A stretch of DNA of 64,000 bases from Defluviicoccus sp. GTDB taxonomy: Bacteria > Pseudomonadota > Alphaproteobacteria > Rhodospirillales > Defluviicoccaceae. The position numbers and the translations under genes were made by a program. Shown in pieces: positions 10,162 to 18,727 of the stretch. Below the pieces are notes generated by a model that ran no database searches, was not told where the DNA came from, and was given only the letters and a program-made list of their open reading frames with translations. Location of the stretch: assembly GCA_029624735.1 (NCBI GenBank), contig JARSSM010000016.1:5993-69992 (forward strand), in the 5' to 3' direction. Numbering within the stretch: the first letter of the stretch is position 1; the number at the start of each line of letters is the position of its first letter.

Positions 10162-11013
10162 GTGCACTACGTCTTGAGCATGAGCTGTCCCGATACGATC
10201 GGCATCGTCGCCGCCGTCAGTGGCTTTTTGAGCGCGCATGACGCCTTTATCACCGAATCCGTCCATTACGGTGATGAGCAGACGGCTCAATTCTTTATGC
10301 GGACCGTCTTCCGCTCGGCAAACGGCCGCATGCCGGACCTGACGCAAATAAGGAGCCGGTTTGGCGATGTGGCCGAACGGTTCCGCATGCGCTGGGGGAT
10401 CCATCCGACCGCGCAGCGGACCCGGGTCATGATCCTGGTTTCGAAGTTCGACCACTGTCTGAACGACTTATTGTACCGCTACCGCATTGGCCAGCTGCCG
10501 ATCGACGTGGCGGCTGTGGTGTCCAACCACCCCGACCTCGCCCCGCTGGCGCGTTGGCACAACATCCCGTTTCATCACCTGCCGGTGACGGCAGAGACCA
10601 AGAAGGCGCAAGAAGCCGAGGTCATCAACCTGATCGAGACGTTGAACGTCGAACTCGTTGTGCTCGCGCGTTACATGCAAGTCTTGTCGCCGGAACTATG
10701 CCGCTACCTCGATAAGCACTGCATCAACATTCATCATTCGTTTCTGCCGAGCTTCAAGGGTGCGAAGCCTTACCAGCAGGCCCATGAGCGCGGTGTCAAG
10801 ATTATCGGCGCCACCGCTCATTATGTGACTGAGAACCTCGACGAGGGACCGATTATCGAGCAGGCCGTCGAGCGTGTCGGTCACAGCCACAGCGCCGAGA
10901 GCCTGATGATGATGGGCCGGGATATCGAGAACGTCGTTCTGGCGCGAGCCGTCCAGTGGCATGTCGAGCGCCGGGTTTTCGTCAACGGTAAGAAAACCGT
11001 CGTTCTGCGCTGA
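10162..11013 (+). CDS. purU: Formyltetrahydrofolate deformylase
   Basis: N-terminal ACT domain; LVVLARYMQVLS, INIHHSFLPSFKGAKPY, GATAHYVT, DEGPIIEQ. Confidence 0.95.
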   Translation: MHYVLSMSCPDTIGIVAAVSGFLSAHDAFITESVHYGDEQTAQFFMRTVFRSANGRMPDLTQIRSRFGDVAERFRMRWGIHPTAQRTRVMILVSKFDHCLNDLLYRYRIGQLPIDVAAVVSNHPDLAPLARWHNIPFHHLPVTAETKKAQEAEVINLIETLNVELVVLARYMQVLSPELCRYLDKHCINIHHSFLPSFKGAKPYQQAHERGVKIIGATAHYVTENLDEGPIIEQAVERVGHSHSAESLMMMGRDIENVVLARAVQWHVERRVFVNGKKTVVLR

Positions 11014-11060
11014 ACACTGGACATCAAGGGCCGCGCGCAACAGGCCCCACAGGGCCGGGA

Positions 11061-11090
11061 AGGGCGCGCGGCTCAAAGTCCGCGCGCCCT
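11061..11090. terminator. 11-bp GC hairpin between convergent purU and amtB
   Basis: AGGGCGCGCGG-ctcaaagt-CCGCGCGCCCT; no clear U-tract. Confidence 0.5.
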
Positions 11091-11120
11091 CCCGACGGCG
11101 CCCTGTGTCGCATTCATTCG

Positions 11121-12449
11121 TCAGCTGTGTAGCGCCTCTCCGTGGATCGCCATGTCGAGCCCCTCGCGCTCAACATTCTCGGACACGCGCAGACCGATCA
11201 CGAGGTCGATCACCTTCAGGATGATGAAGCTGCCGACGACGGTGAGCCCGATGGTCACACCAACACCGAAGATCTGAGTGAGAATCTGGTCGGGGTTGCC
11301 GTCGATCAGGCCAGACTTGCCTTCGCCACCGATGGCCTGGACCGCGAACACGCCGGTCAGGATTGCGCCCAAGACACCGCCGACACCGTGGACGCCGAAG
11401 CAGTCCAGCGCATCGTCGATGCCAAGCTTGTGCTTCAGCCACGTTGCGCCCCAATAGCAGACGATTCCGGACAAGAGGCCGATCGCGAGCGCGCCCTTGA
11501 CGTCCACGAAGCCACAGGCCGGTGTGATCGCAACCAGTCCGGCAACGGCACCCGAGGCCGCGCCAAGCAGGGTCGGCTTGCCGCGCACGAGCCACTCAAT
11601 CCCCATCCATGACAGCACCGCCGCCGCCGTTGCGGTGTGGGTGGTGACGAACACGTTGCCGGCGGACCCGCCGGCTGCCAGCGACGAGCCGACGTTGAAG
11701 CCGAACCAGCCGACCCACAGCAGTGAGGCGCCGATCATGGTGAGAATCAGGTTGTGTGGCGCCATGCTTTCGCTGACCGAGGTCTCGCTGGCGCGCAGTC
11801 CCGTCCGTTTGCCCACCATGATTGCGGCAACCAGACCCGCAAAACCGGCGTTGATATGCACGACCGTGCCGCCGGCGAAGTCGAGCACACCTGCATCGAG
11901 CAGGTAACCGCCCGGTCCCCAGACCATGTGGGCTGTCGGGGCATAAACGAACAGCATCCACAATGCCATGTACCAAAGGATGGCCGAGAACTTCATCCGG
12001 TCGGCGAAGCTGCCAATGATGATCGCGGGCGTGATAATCGCAAAGGAGCACTGAAACATAACGAAGACGTTCTCAGGTATGGTTCCTGAAAGCGTGTCCG
12101 GCATAATCCCGTTCAAGAACGCTTTGTCCAGGCCGCCAAAGAACGGATTGTTTTCAGTGAAAGCGATGCTGTATCCGACAACAACCCAAAGCACTGATAA
12201 CAGAGCGCCCGTGGTGAAGCACTGCGTCAGCAGGGCAAGCACGTTCTTCTTGCGAACCATGCCGCCGTAAAACAGTGCAAGGCCTGGGAACAGCATCATG
12301 AGCACCAGAACCGTCGACGTCAGCATCCAGGCGTTGTCACCTGTGTCGAGGGTTGGTGCCGTGGCTTCTTGAGCGCTGGCGAGAGACGCGAACAGAAGTC
12401 CCGCGCCCGCAGTCAGCAGCCCGATCGATATCAGTTGTCTTTTTCGCAT
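11121..12449 (-). CDS. amtB: Ammonium/methylammonium transporter, Amt family
   Basis: Signal peptide; FQCSFAIIT, HMVWG, DFAGGTVVHINAG, GWFGFNVGS, DCFGVHG (Phe gate, twin His present). Confidence 0.95.
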   Translation of the reverse strand: MRKRQLISIGLLTAGAGLLFASLASAQEATAPTLDTGDNAWMLTSTVLVLMMLFPGLALFYGGMVRKKNVLALLTQCFTTGALLSVLWVVVGYSIAFTENNPFFGGLDKAFLNGIMPDTLSGTIPENVFVMFQCSFAIITPAIIIGSFADRMKFSAILWYMALWMLFVYAPTAHMVWGPGGYLLDAGVLDFAGGTVVHINAGFAGLVAAIMVGKRTGLRASETSVSESMAPHNLILTMIGASLLWVGWFGFNVGSSLAAGGSAGNVFVTTHTATAAAVLSWMGIEWLVRGKPTLLGAASGAVAGLVAITPACGFVDVKGALAIGLLSGIVCYWGATWLKHKLGIDDALDCFGVHGVGGVLGAILTGVFAVQAIGGEGKSGLIDGNPDQILTQIFGVGVTIGLTVVGSFIILKVIDLVIGLRVSENVEREGLDMAIHGEALHS

Positions 12450-12659
12450 GACGCTTGAGTCTCCTGATCACGCCTTCATTTCAGTGGATCTTCTTCGGCC
12501 GAACCTTCACCGTCTACGCCGCGGCCGCTGAGAGTCCCCGTGGGTTCGTTGGGCAACGGAATTCTGTCGCACCAACAGTGTCCGCCCACTCTCGTGCCGG
12601 CCGGCCGGAAAAGAGTCGGTCGCAAAAAGCTCCTGGTTCGAAATACTTGGCCTTGATGT

Positions 12660-12676
12660 ATCAAGAGCCGTGCCAG
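12660..12676 (-). promoter_or_regulatory. Candidate sigma54 promoter for amtB
   Basis: Minus strand CTGGCACGGCTCTTGAT: perfect -24 element, -12 is TTGA rather than TTGC. Confidence 0.4.
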
Positions 12677-13010
12677 TGTCGGTTGCTGCCGGCAAAAAAA
12701 TGCGAGCGCTGCCGCGGCCGGTAGCGGATCGGGCCGCTGCACTCGATAAGGACCGCGGCGGCTGGATGGGGCGCCGGCTTGGAGACACGTAGAGTGCCCA
12801 AGAAATGTACGGACCGGCGGTTGGGTGCCTTTCGGACAGGCAGATTCGAGGATCCGGCAACGCCGTCCTGCGTTCTGCGGCTGGTCTGTTCACGCGAGGG
12901 CCATGGCAGCAATCGGCGCGAGATTCGCGCGAAGGCGAGGTGACAGGAACCGCCGGATCGGGCTACGCAGGAGCGGCGTGATCGTGCGCTCAAACCGGGG
13001 TCAACGAAGC

Positions 13011-13733
13011 ATGTGGATTTCACGACTGGGCTTGGTGCTCGCAGCCGGCTTGGCGGCTTGTCAGGCGACGCCTGAAAAGACCGTTTCCGCGCCCCCTCTC
13101 ATCACCGGCGCCTTTATGACGCTTGCCGATGCGCCGCGCCTGACCGAATGCCGCACGGAGCGCAGCTACCCGGTGGCGATCGCCGCCGACTATCGGCGGC
13201 TTGAAGAGGCGTACCTGTCCGCGCGCGAGAAGCCCGGCCAGCCGCTGTTGATCACCTTCGAAGGCCGCATCACGGAACGGCCGCGCGCTGAGGAGGGCAC
13301 CGGCACCGAACCGACGGCGATCATCGAGCGCTTCGTTCACGTCTGGCCCGGAGAGACATGCGAGCGCAATCGCGTGGATGCGTCACTGACCAACACCTAC
13401 TGGCGCTTGGTCCTTCTCGGCCAAGAGGAGATTGGGGCGGTCGCCGGGCGCCGCGAACCGCACCTGATCCTGCGCATCGGCGAGCCCCGTTTTACCGCAA
13501 CCGCCGGCTGCAACCAGCTCATCGGCGGCTATGAGACGGATGGCGAGAGCCTGCGTTTTGGGGCGGCCGCCGCCACCCGCATGGCCTGCCCGCCACCGCT
13601 CGATGAGCGCGAGCGCCGCCTCGTCGATGTGCTGGCGAACACCAGGACCTGGCGCATCTCCGGTCCGGCACTCGAACTGCGCGACGGCGAACAGCGCCCA
13701 CTCGCGCTGTTGCAGGCGGTCTATCTGCGCTAG
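13011..13733 (+). CDS. Lipoprotein with NlpE C-terminal OB-like domain and META (HslJ) domain
   Basis: Lipobox LAAC after hydrophobic stretch from ATG 13011; LTEC...WPGETC; SLTNTYWRL, AGCNQLIGGY, ATRMAC. Confidence 0.7.
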   Translation: MWISRLGLVLAAGLAACQATPEKTVSAPPLITGAFMTLADAPRLTECRTERSYPVAIAADYRRLEEAYLSAREKPGQPLLITFEGRITERPRAEEGTGTEPTAIIERFVHVWPGETCERNRVDASLTNTYWRLVLLGQEEIGAVAGRREPHLILRIGEPRFTATAGCNQLIGGYETDGESLRFGAAAATRMACPPPLDERERRLVDVLANTRTWRISGPALELRDGEQRPLALLQAVYLR

Positions 13734-13739
13734 TGCACT

Positions 13740-13771
13740 GGCACAAACAGAGCGTCCATTCTGTTTGTGCC
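13740..13771. terminator. Perfect 12-bp inverted repeat after the META gene (terminator or operator)
   Basis: GGCACAAACAGA-gcgtccat-TCTGTTTGTGCC. Confidence 0.45.
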
Positions 13772-13868
13772 GAAAGTGCACGCGATTCAATATGTTGTGC
13801 AGCGAGAACCATGCTCGGGCGTGAAACGCCCGGTCGGGTCGCCGCACTAGCTCTTCGGAGCGTGTTCG

Positions 13869-13905
13869 ATAACGCGCGTGCATGGAATTGCTAGCGAGAC
13901 GGCAT
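13869..13905 (+). promoter_or_regulatory. OxyR/LysR-type four-element box upstream of the DoxX-NDH-2 gene
   Basis: ATAA-N7-GCAT-N7-CTAG-N7-GCAT, 11-bp phasing, resembles box at 22115-22151 read in reverse. Confidence 0.45.
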
Positions 13906-13981
13906 TTCACCGCCGACCGCGCCACCTGCCATGATTCAGGCTCAAGGGTCGGATCGCATCCGCCCGATGGTTTGATGGGAG

Positions 13982-16108
13982 GTGACCATGGCCGGCTCAA
14001 CCGCGGCCGCGCGGATCGGGACGCGTTTCGCGCCGGTATTTGAAGCGTGGGAGAACACGGTCGAGGCGTGCGCGCAGACGCTCGGCCCCGTGCTTGACCT
14101 CATCATCCGCCTCTGGCTGGCACAGATCTTCTTCGTTTCCGGCGTCGTCAAGACGGCGACCTGGGCGTCGACGGTGATGCTCTACACGACGGAGCATCCC
14201 GTACCTGGACTGGCACCGGCGACGGCCGCCGTACTCGGCACCGGCATCGAGCTGATCTGCGCGCCGCTCCTGGCCGTTGGCCTCTTCACGCGGCTCGCGG
14301 TTCTGCCGTTGCTGGCAACCACGCTCTTCTTGCAGCTGACCTACCTGGAACTCACCGACCACAGTTTGTGGATGGTGCTCCTGGGTCTCTTGGCCATCCG
14401 CGGTGCCGGCGCGCTGTCGTTGGACCACCTGATCGCGCCGCACCTGACAGGCTCCGCCATTCCCTTCGCCGCCACGTTACTGCGGCTTTTCAAGTGGCTG
14501 CAGCGAGCCGTCCTGCCCGCGTACCTTGTGGCGGTTCGGATCTGGTTCGGCTGGCTGGTGATGAGTGCTGTAACCGGCAGCGGCGGCGCTGCAACCGCGC
14601 TGACGATCGCCGCCTGTGCGCTGCTCGCGGCCGGGCTGGCGACGCAGTTTGCCGCGCTCGTCCTGATGATCCTGACCCTCACCGCGCAGGCAGCGATCCC
14701 CGAGCTTGGCGATCCCGTCCTGCGCCTGTTCGTCCTGGGCTTCTTCGTGATCCATGGCGCAGGCGCACTCTCGCTGGACCGCTTGGTGCAGACCAGCATT
14801 CGCGCCCTGTGCCCGAGCCTCACCATGGACCCTGCATGGTACGCGGATGCACCGCGGGTCGTTATCATCGGTGCCGGATTTGGCGGCATCGCAGCGGCGC
14901 GGGCGCTCAAGCACGCCCGGGCGCGGGTCACGCTGATCGACCGGCGCAACTACCATCTCTTCCAGCCGCTGTTGTACCAAGTCGCCACCGCGACGCTGTC
15001 GCCCGCCGATATCGCGGTGCCGATCCGCACGCTGGTGCGCGACCAGCGCAACTGCCAGGTCCTGATGGGCCGGGTCACTGCCATCGATCCGCACCGACGC
15101 GAGATCCAGTTCCGCGCCGGTTCGCAGCCGGCGGTCGGCTACGACTACCTGGTGTTGGCGACCGGCGCCCGGCACAGCTACTTCGGCAAGGACGCCTGGG
15201 AGCCGTTCGCGCCCGGCCTGAAGAAGATCGACGACGCAACGGCGATGCGCAGCCGGATCCTCTCCGCCTTCGAACAGGCGGAAGCCAGCGATGATCCGGC
15301 GGAGCGACAGCGTCTCCTGACCTTCGTCATCGTCGGCGGCGGCCCGACCGGAGTCGAGCTCGCAGGCGCGATTGCGGAGTTGGCGCACCACACCCTTCGC
15401 GAGGAATTCCGCAGCATCGATCCGGCCGAGGCGCGCGTCGTGCTCGTCCAGTCGGCGCCGCGCATCCTGCCGGCGCTGCCGGAGAGTCTATCCGTATCCG
15501 CGACCCGCGCCCTCGAAGGTCTTGGCGTCGAGGTCTTACTCAATACCCGCGTCGAAGGCATCGACGGCCAGGGGGCGACCATCGGCAACGAACGCGTCGA
15601 GGCGGGCACAGTGCTGTGGGCGGCAGGGGTCATGGCCTCGCCGGCCGGCCGCTGGATTGACGCTCAGTGCGATAACGCCGGCCGGGTCGAAGTCGCGGCC
15701 GATCTCTCGGTGTCCGGCTTGGCGAACATCTTTGCTATTGGCGATACGGCTGCTTGCGCTGGCGCGGACGGCCGGCCGCTGCCGGGCCTTGCCGCCGTCG
15801 CCAAGCAACAAGGCCACTATGTCGCGCGGCTGATCCGTGCCCGGATCGAAGGCCGGCGCGATCCTGGCCCGTTCCGCTACCGCAATCTCGGCTCGATGGC
15901 GACCATCGGCCGCAAGGCTGCGGTTGCCGAGCTGCCGGGAATGCGGTTGAGCGGTGGTATTGCCTGGTGGCTGTGGGGCTTGGTGCACGTCGCGTTTCTC
16001 GTCGACGCGCGCTCGCGGATCGCGGTGATGTTCGACTGGTTCTGGTCGTATCTCACCTTCAACCGCAGCGTCCGTCTGATCACCGGAGGGGAGGGAAGCG
16101 CCGATTGA
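13982..16108 (+). CDS. Fusion: two DoxX membrane domains plus type II NAD(P)H:quinone oxidoreductase (NDH-2)
   Basis: Two DoxX units each ending GAGALSLD; then IIGAGFGG, RRNYHLFQPLLYQVAT, IVGGGPTGVELAG, LWAAGV, FAIGDTA, AWWLWGLVH; one continuous 708-aa ORF. Confidence 0.85.
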   Translation: MTMAGSTAAARIGTRFAPVFEAWENTVEACAQTLGPVLDLIIRLWLAQIFFVSGVVKTATWASTVMLYTTEHPVPGLAPATAAVLGTGIELICAPLLAVGLFTRLAVLPLLATTLFLQLTYLELTDHSLWMVLLGLLAIRGAGALSLDHLIAPHLTGSAIPFAATLLRLFKWLQRAVLPAYLVAVRIWFGWLVMSAVTGSGGAATALTIAACALLAAGLATQFAALVLMILTLTAQAAIPELGDPVLRLFVLGFFVIHGAGALSLDRLVQTSIRALCPSLTMDPAWYADAPRVVIIGAGFGGIAAARALKHARARVTLIDRRNYHLFQPLLYQVATATLSPADIAVPIRTLVRDQRNCQVLMGRVTAIDPHRREIQFRAGSQPAVGYDYLVLATGARHSYFGKDAWEPFAPGLKKIDDATAMRSRILSAFEQAEASDDPAERQRLLTFVIVGGGPTGVELAGAIAELAHHTLREEFRSIDPAEARVVLVQSAPRILPALPESLSVSATRALEGLGVEVLLNTRVEGIDGQGATIGNERVEAGTVLWAAGVMASPAGRWIDAQCDNAGRVEVAADLSVSGLANIFAIGDTAACAGADGRPLPGLAAVAKQQGHYVARLIRARIEGRRDPGPFRYRNLGSMATIGRKAAVAELPGMRLSGGIAWWLWGLVHVAFLVDARSRIAVMFDWFWSYLTFNRSVRLITGGEGSAD

Positions 16109-16264
16109 CCGTCTGCGCTTGGCTTGGAGATCCTCCTGCAGCGCCCGTAGATGGAATTTGCCATCTGGGATTTCTTGCGTCCGGCCCTGATCCGAATTAG
16201 GATTTCACCGCTCCAGTTTTGCGGGACCGCTTGAATAAACCAAGAACGCTGGGATGAGGCGGGA

Positions 16265-17197
16265 ATGGAGCTCTACCAAGTTAAGTACTTTGTCAGCCTG
16301 TGCGAGACCCTCAACTTCACGCGTGCTGCGGAAAAGTGCAACGTAGCGCAGCCGAGCCTGACTCGCGCAATCCAGAACCTTGAGCGCGAGTTGGGTGGTC
16401 CTCTTTTCCACCGCGAACGTCAGAATACGCACCTCACCGAGTTGGGCCGCCTCATGCAGCCCTACTTCGAGGATATGCTGGGCCAAACACAGGCGGCGCA
16501 CGCTTTCGCCCGCAGTTTTGCCAACCTGGATGGCATCTCGCTGCGGATTGGCGTGATGTGCACGATCGGGCCAATCATGGTGTCGGATTTCCTGCGTTCG
16601 TTTGCCGAGCGCCATCAGGGGTTGGACATCTGCGTGCTCGACGCCTCCGCCCAGGCGTTGCAGAGCAAGCTGCTGAACGGCGAGATCGAGGTTGCCATCT
16701 ACGGTATGCCGGAACTGCAGCCGCACGACCGCTTGCACGCCTTACCACTGTTCTACGAACGCTTCGTCGTCGCGGTCGCGCGCGACCATCCGCTCGCCGC
16801 ACACGAGACCGTGCGCTGCAAAGATTTGCACAAGGGGCGTTACATCAACCGGATCAATTGCGAAGTATACGAGGTGGCGACTGCAGCCCTGCAACGCCTG
16901 GGCGTCGAGGTGCAAATGGTTTTCCGCAGCGAGCGCGATGACTGGGTCCAGGCGATGATCGCCGCCGGGCACGGCTTCGGTTTCTTTCCTGAGTACTGCG
17001 TCACCATGCCCGGCATCGTCGGCCGCCCCTTGGTCGAGCCGGAAATGTACCGCACGGTCGATCTGGTCACCGTGCGCGGCCGTCCGTTCTCGCCTGCCGT
17101 GGGCGCATTCGTGCGCGCGGCGAAGGCATTCACGTGGTCGCCGGCGCCGCCGGTCCCTCGGCCACACGACACGGATCGCGGCGCCTTCGCGGCCTGA
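16265..17197 (+). CDS. LysR-family regulator, OxyR-like
   Basis: HTH NFTRAAEKCNVAQPSLTRAIQNLE; GVMCT100IGP; Cys199 in RINCE. Confidence 0.9.
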   Translation: MELYQVKYFVSLCETLNFTRAAEKCNVAQPSLTRAIQNLERELGGPLFHRERQNTHLTELGRLMQPYFEDMLGQTQAAHAFARSFANLDGISLRIGVMCTIGPIMVSDFLRSFAERHQGLDICVLDASAQALQSKLLNGEIEVAIYGMPELQPHDRLHALPLFYERFVVAVARDHPLAAHETVRCKDLHKGRYINRINCEVYEVATAALQRLGVEVQMVFRSERDDWVQAMIAAGHGFGFFPEYCVTMPGIVGRPLVEPEMYRTVDLVTVRGRPFSPAVGAFVRAAKAFTWSPAPPVPRPHDTDRGAFAA

Positions 17198-17263
17198 ACG
17201 GTTGCCGATGGTGTCCTGAACCACAGCCAAGCAGATCCACCGCAGACGCAAGGAATCCCGGGG

Positions 17264-18142
17264 ATGGAGCTGTACCAGGTCAAGTACTTCCTTGCCGTCT
17301 GCGATCTCCTCAACTTCACCCGCGCGGCCGAACGCTGCAACGTTTCGCAGCCGAGCTTGACTCGCGCCATTCAGAACCTGGAGGCCGAGTTCGGCGGCCC
17401 GCTGTTTCACCGTGAGCGCCAGAACACGCACCTGACCGACTTGGGCCAGATGGTCCGCCCCTACCTTGAGGAGGTCGGCCAGCAGGCCGAAGCGGCGCGC
17501 GAGCGGGCCAGGCAGTATGTCAAACTGACAGATGCGCCGCTGATGGTCGGCGTCATGTGTACGATCGGTCCCGGGAAGCTGGTGCCGCTCTTTGCCGAGT
17601 TCCAGCGCAGCTATCCGGGCGTCGATATCGCGCTCCGCGACGCCCGCGCGGAAATGCTGCGCGACATGCTGGCCAAGGGTGAACTCGACCTTGCCATCTT
17701 CGGCCAGCCGGAACCGCCCGACGACCGTTTCAATGCATTGGAGCTGTTTCACGAATCGTTCGTGATCGGCTTCGGGCCAGGCCATCCGTTCGAGCCCTTG
17801 AACGCCGTCCGGCTGAGCGATCTGCATCAGATGCGCTACTTGAGCCGCGCCAATTGCGAGTTCGGAGACTATATGCGCGCGATGTGCCGGGAGCGCGGGA
17901 TCGAGCCGCTACGCCCTTACCGCAGCGAACGCGATGACTGGATTCAGGCGATGGCGCTGGCCGGGCTCGGCTTTACGTTCATCCCGCAGTTTGCGGTCAC
18001 AATCCCGGACCTGATTACGCGGCCGCTGATCGAGCCGGAGGTCGCTCGCACGGTTCATCTGGTAACCGTACGCGGCCGGCCGCACGGCAAGGCGGTCGGC
18101 GCCTTCGTCCGCACGGCGATGGCTCTGCGGGGAAAACTCTAG
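17264..18142 (+). CDS. LysR-family regulator, OxyR-like (paralog of upstream gene)
   Basis: Near-identical HTH; GVMCT100IGP; Cys198 and Cys208. Confidence 0.9.
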   Translation: MELYQVKYFLAVCDLLNFTRAAERCNVSQPSLTRAIQNLEAEFGGPLFHRERQNTHLTDLGQMVRPYLEEVGQQAEAARERARQYVKLTDAPLMVGVMCTIGPGKLVPLFAEFQRSYPGVDIALRDARAEMLRDMLAKGELDLAIFGQPEPPDDRFNALELFHESFVIGFGPGHPFEPLNAVRLSDLHQMRYLSRANCEFGDYMRAMCRERGIEPLRPYRSERDDWIQAMALAGLGFTFIPQFAVTIPDLITRPLIEPEVARTVHLVTVRGRPHGKAVGAFVRTAMALRGKL

Positions 18143-18216
18143 CCAGTTAGCGGCACGGCCACGATGACGTGGTCGTGCGGTCGCCAGAGGCCAGGCGCCA
18201 ACTCTTCCCTCCATCC

Positions 18217-18260
18217 GCATGAACGTTCCAGCATGAGCGTTCCAGCATGTCGCGTGCATG
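18217..18260. repeat. Short tandem repeat with GCATG core (14,14,11-bp spacing)
   Basis: GCATGAACGTTCCA GCATGAGCGTTCCA GCATGTCGCGT GCATG. Confidence 0.6.
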
Positions 18261-18357
18261 TTGGCAGGAACAATTGACGGTCAGTTGTTCAGCGGAGATA
18301 ATAGTGGCAAAGCGCTCGTGATAATAAGGACGCTTGCCACCCAAATGGAGGTCGACA

Positions 18358-18705
18358 ATGAAGCGCATCGCATCAAGTTTGTTACTTGGTGTTATTGTTG
18401 GTTGTGCTTCTATTGGTTCTGCTCACGCGGCAGAGGTATTCGTGATTCGTGGAGCAGAAGCGAAATCGGTTGCAACGGAACCAACCCCCGGGGTTACCGT
18501 TCTGCGCGGCGAACCAGCCGCGATCGCTGAACCAGCAGCGGCGGCACAGGGCACTGCGGCGACAGAGGAGGATGCGCCAGCGGAGTCGGGTGAGTTCATG
18601 ACCGGCGGCCGGCCGCTCTGGCGCATCGATCACGAAACGGGTCGCATCGTCGGCTGTTGGCTGCGGGGGTCCGCGAACCGGCAGGTTGTCTGCTCCAATC
18701 TCTGA
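18358..18705 (+). CDS. Hypothetical secreted protein
   Basis: GGAGG RBS before ATG 18358; Sec-type signal MKRIASSLLLGVIVGCASIGSAHA; Ala/Pro/Glu linker; C-terminal domain with two Cys. Confidence 0.6.
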   Translation: MKRIASSLLLGVIVGCASIGSAHAAEVFVIRGAEAKSVATEPTPGVTVLRGEPAAIAEPAAAAQGTAATEEDAPAESGEFMTGGRPLWRIDHETGRIVGCWLRGSANRQVVCSNL

Positions 18706-18727
18706 GCGGCCGGGCGAGGCTTCCTTC

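Noticed and set aside
12455-13010. Several short ORFs in the amtB/META intergenic region
   Set aside because: Arg/Pro-rich, no RBS or motif; region reads as divergent promoter DNA
16149-16166. AGATGG-N6-CCATCT inverted repeat upstream of the first LysR
   Set aside because: Only 6 bp per arm and spacing does not fit the N7 box; not distinguishable from chance
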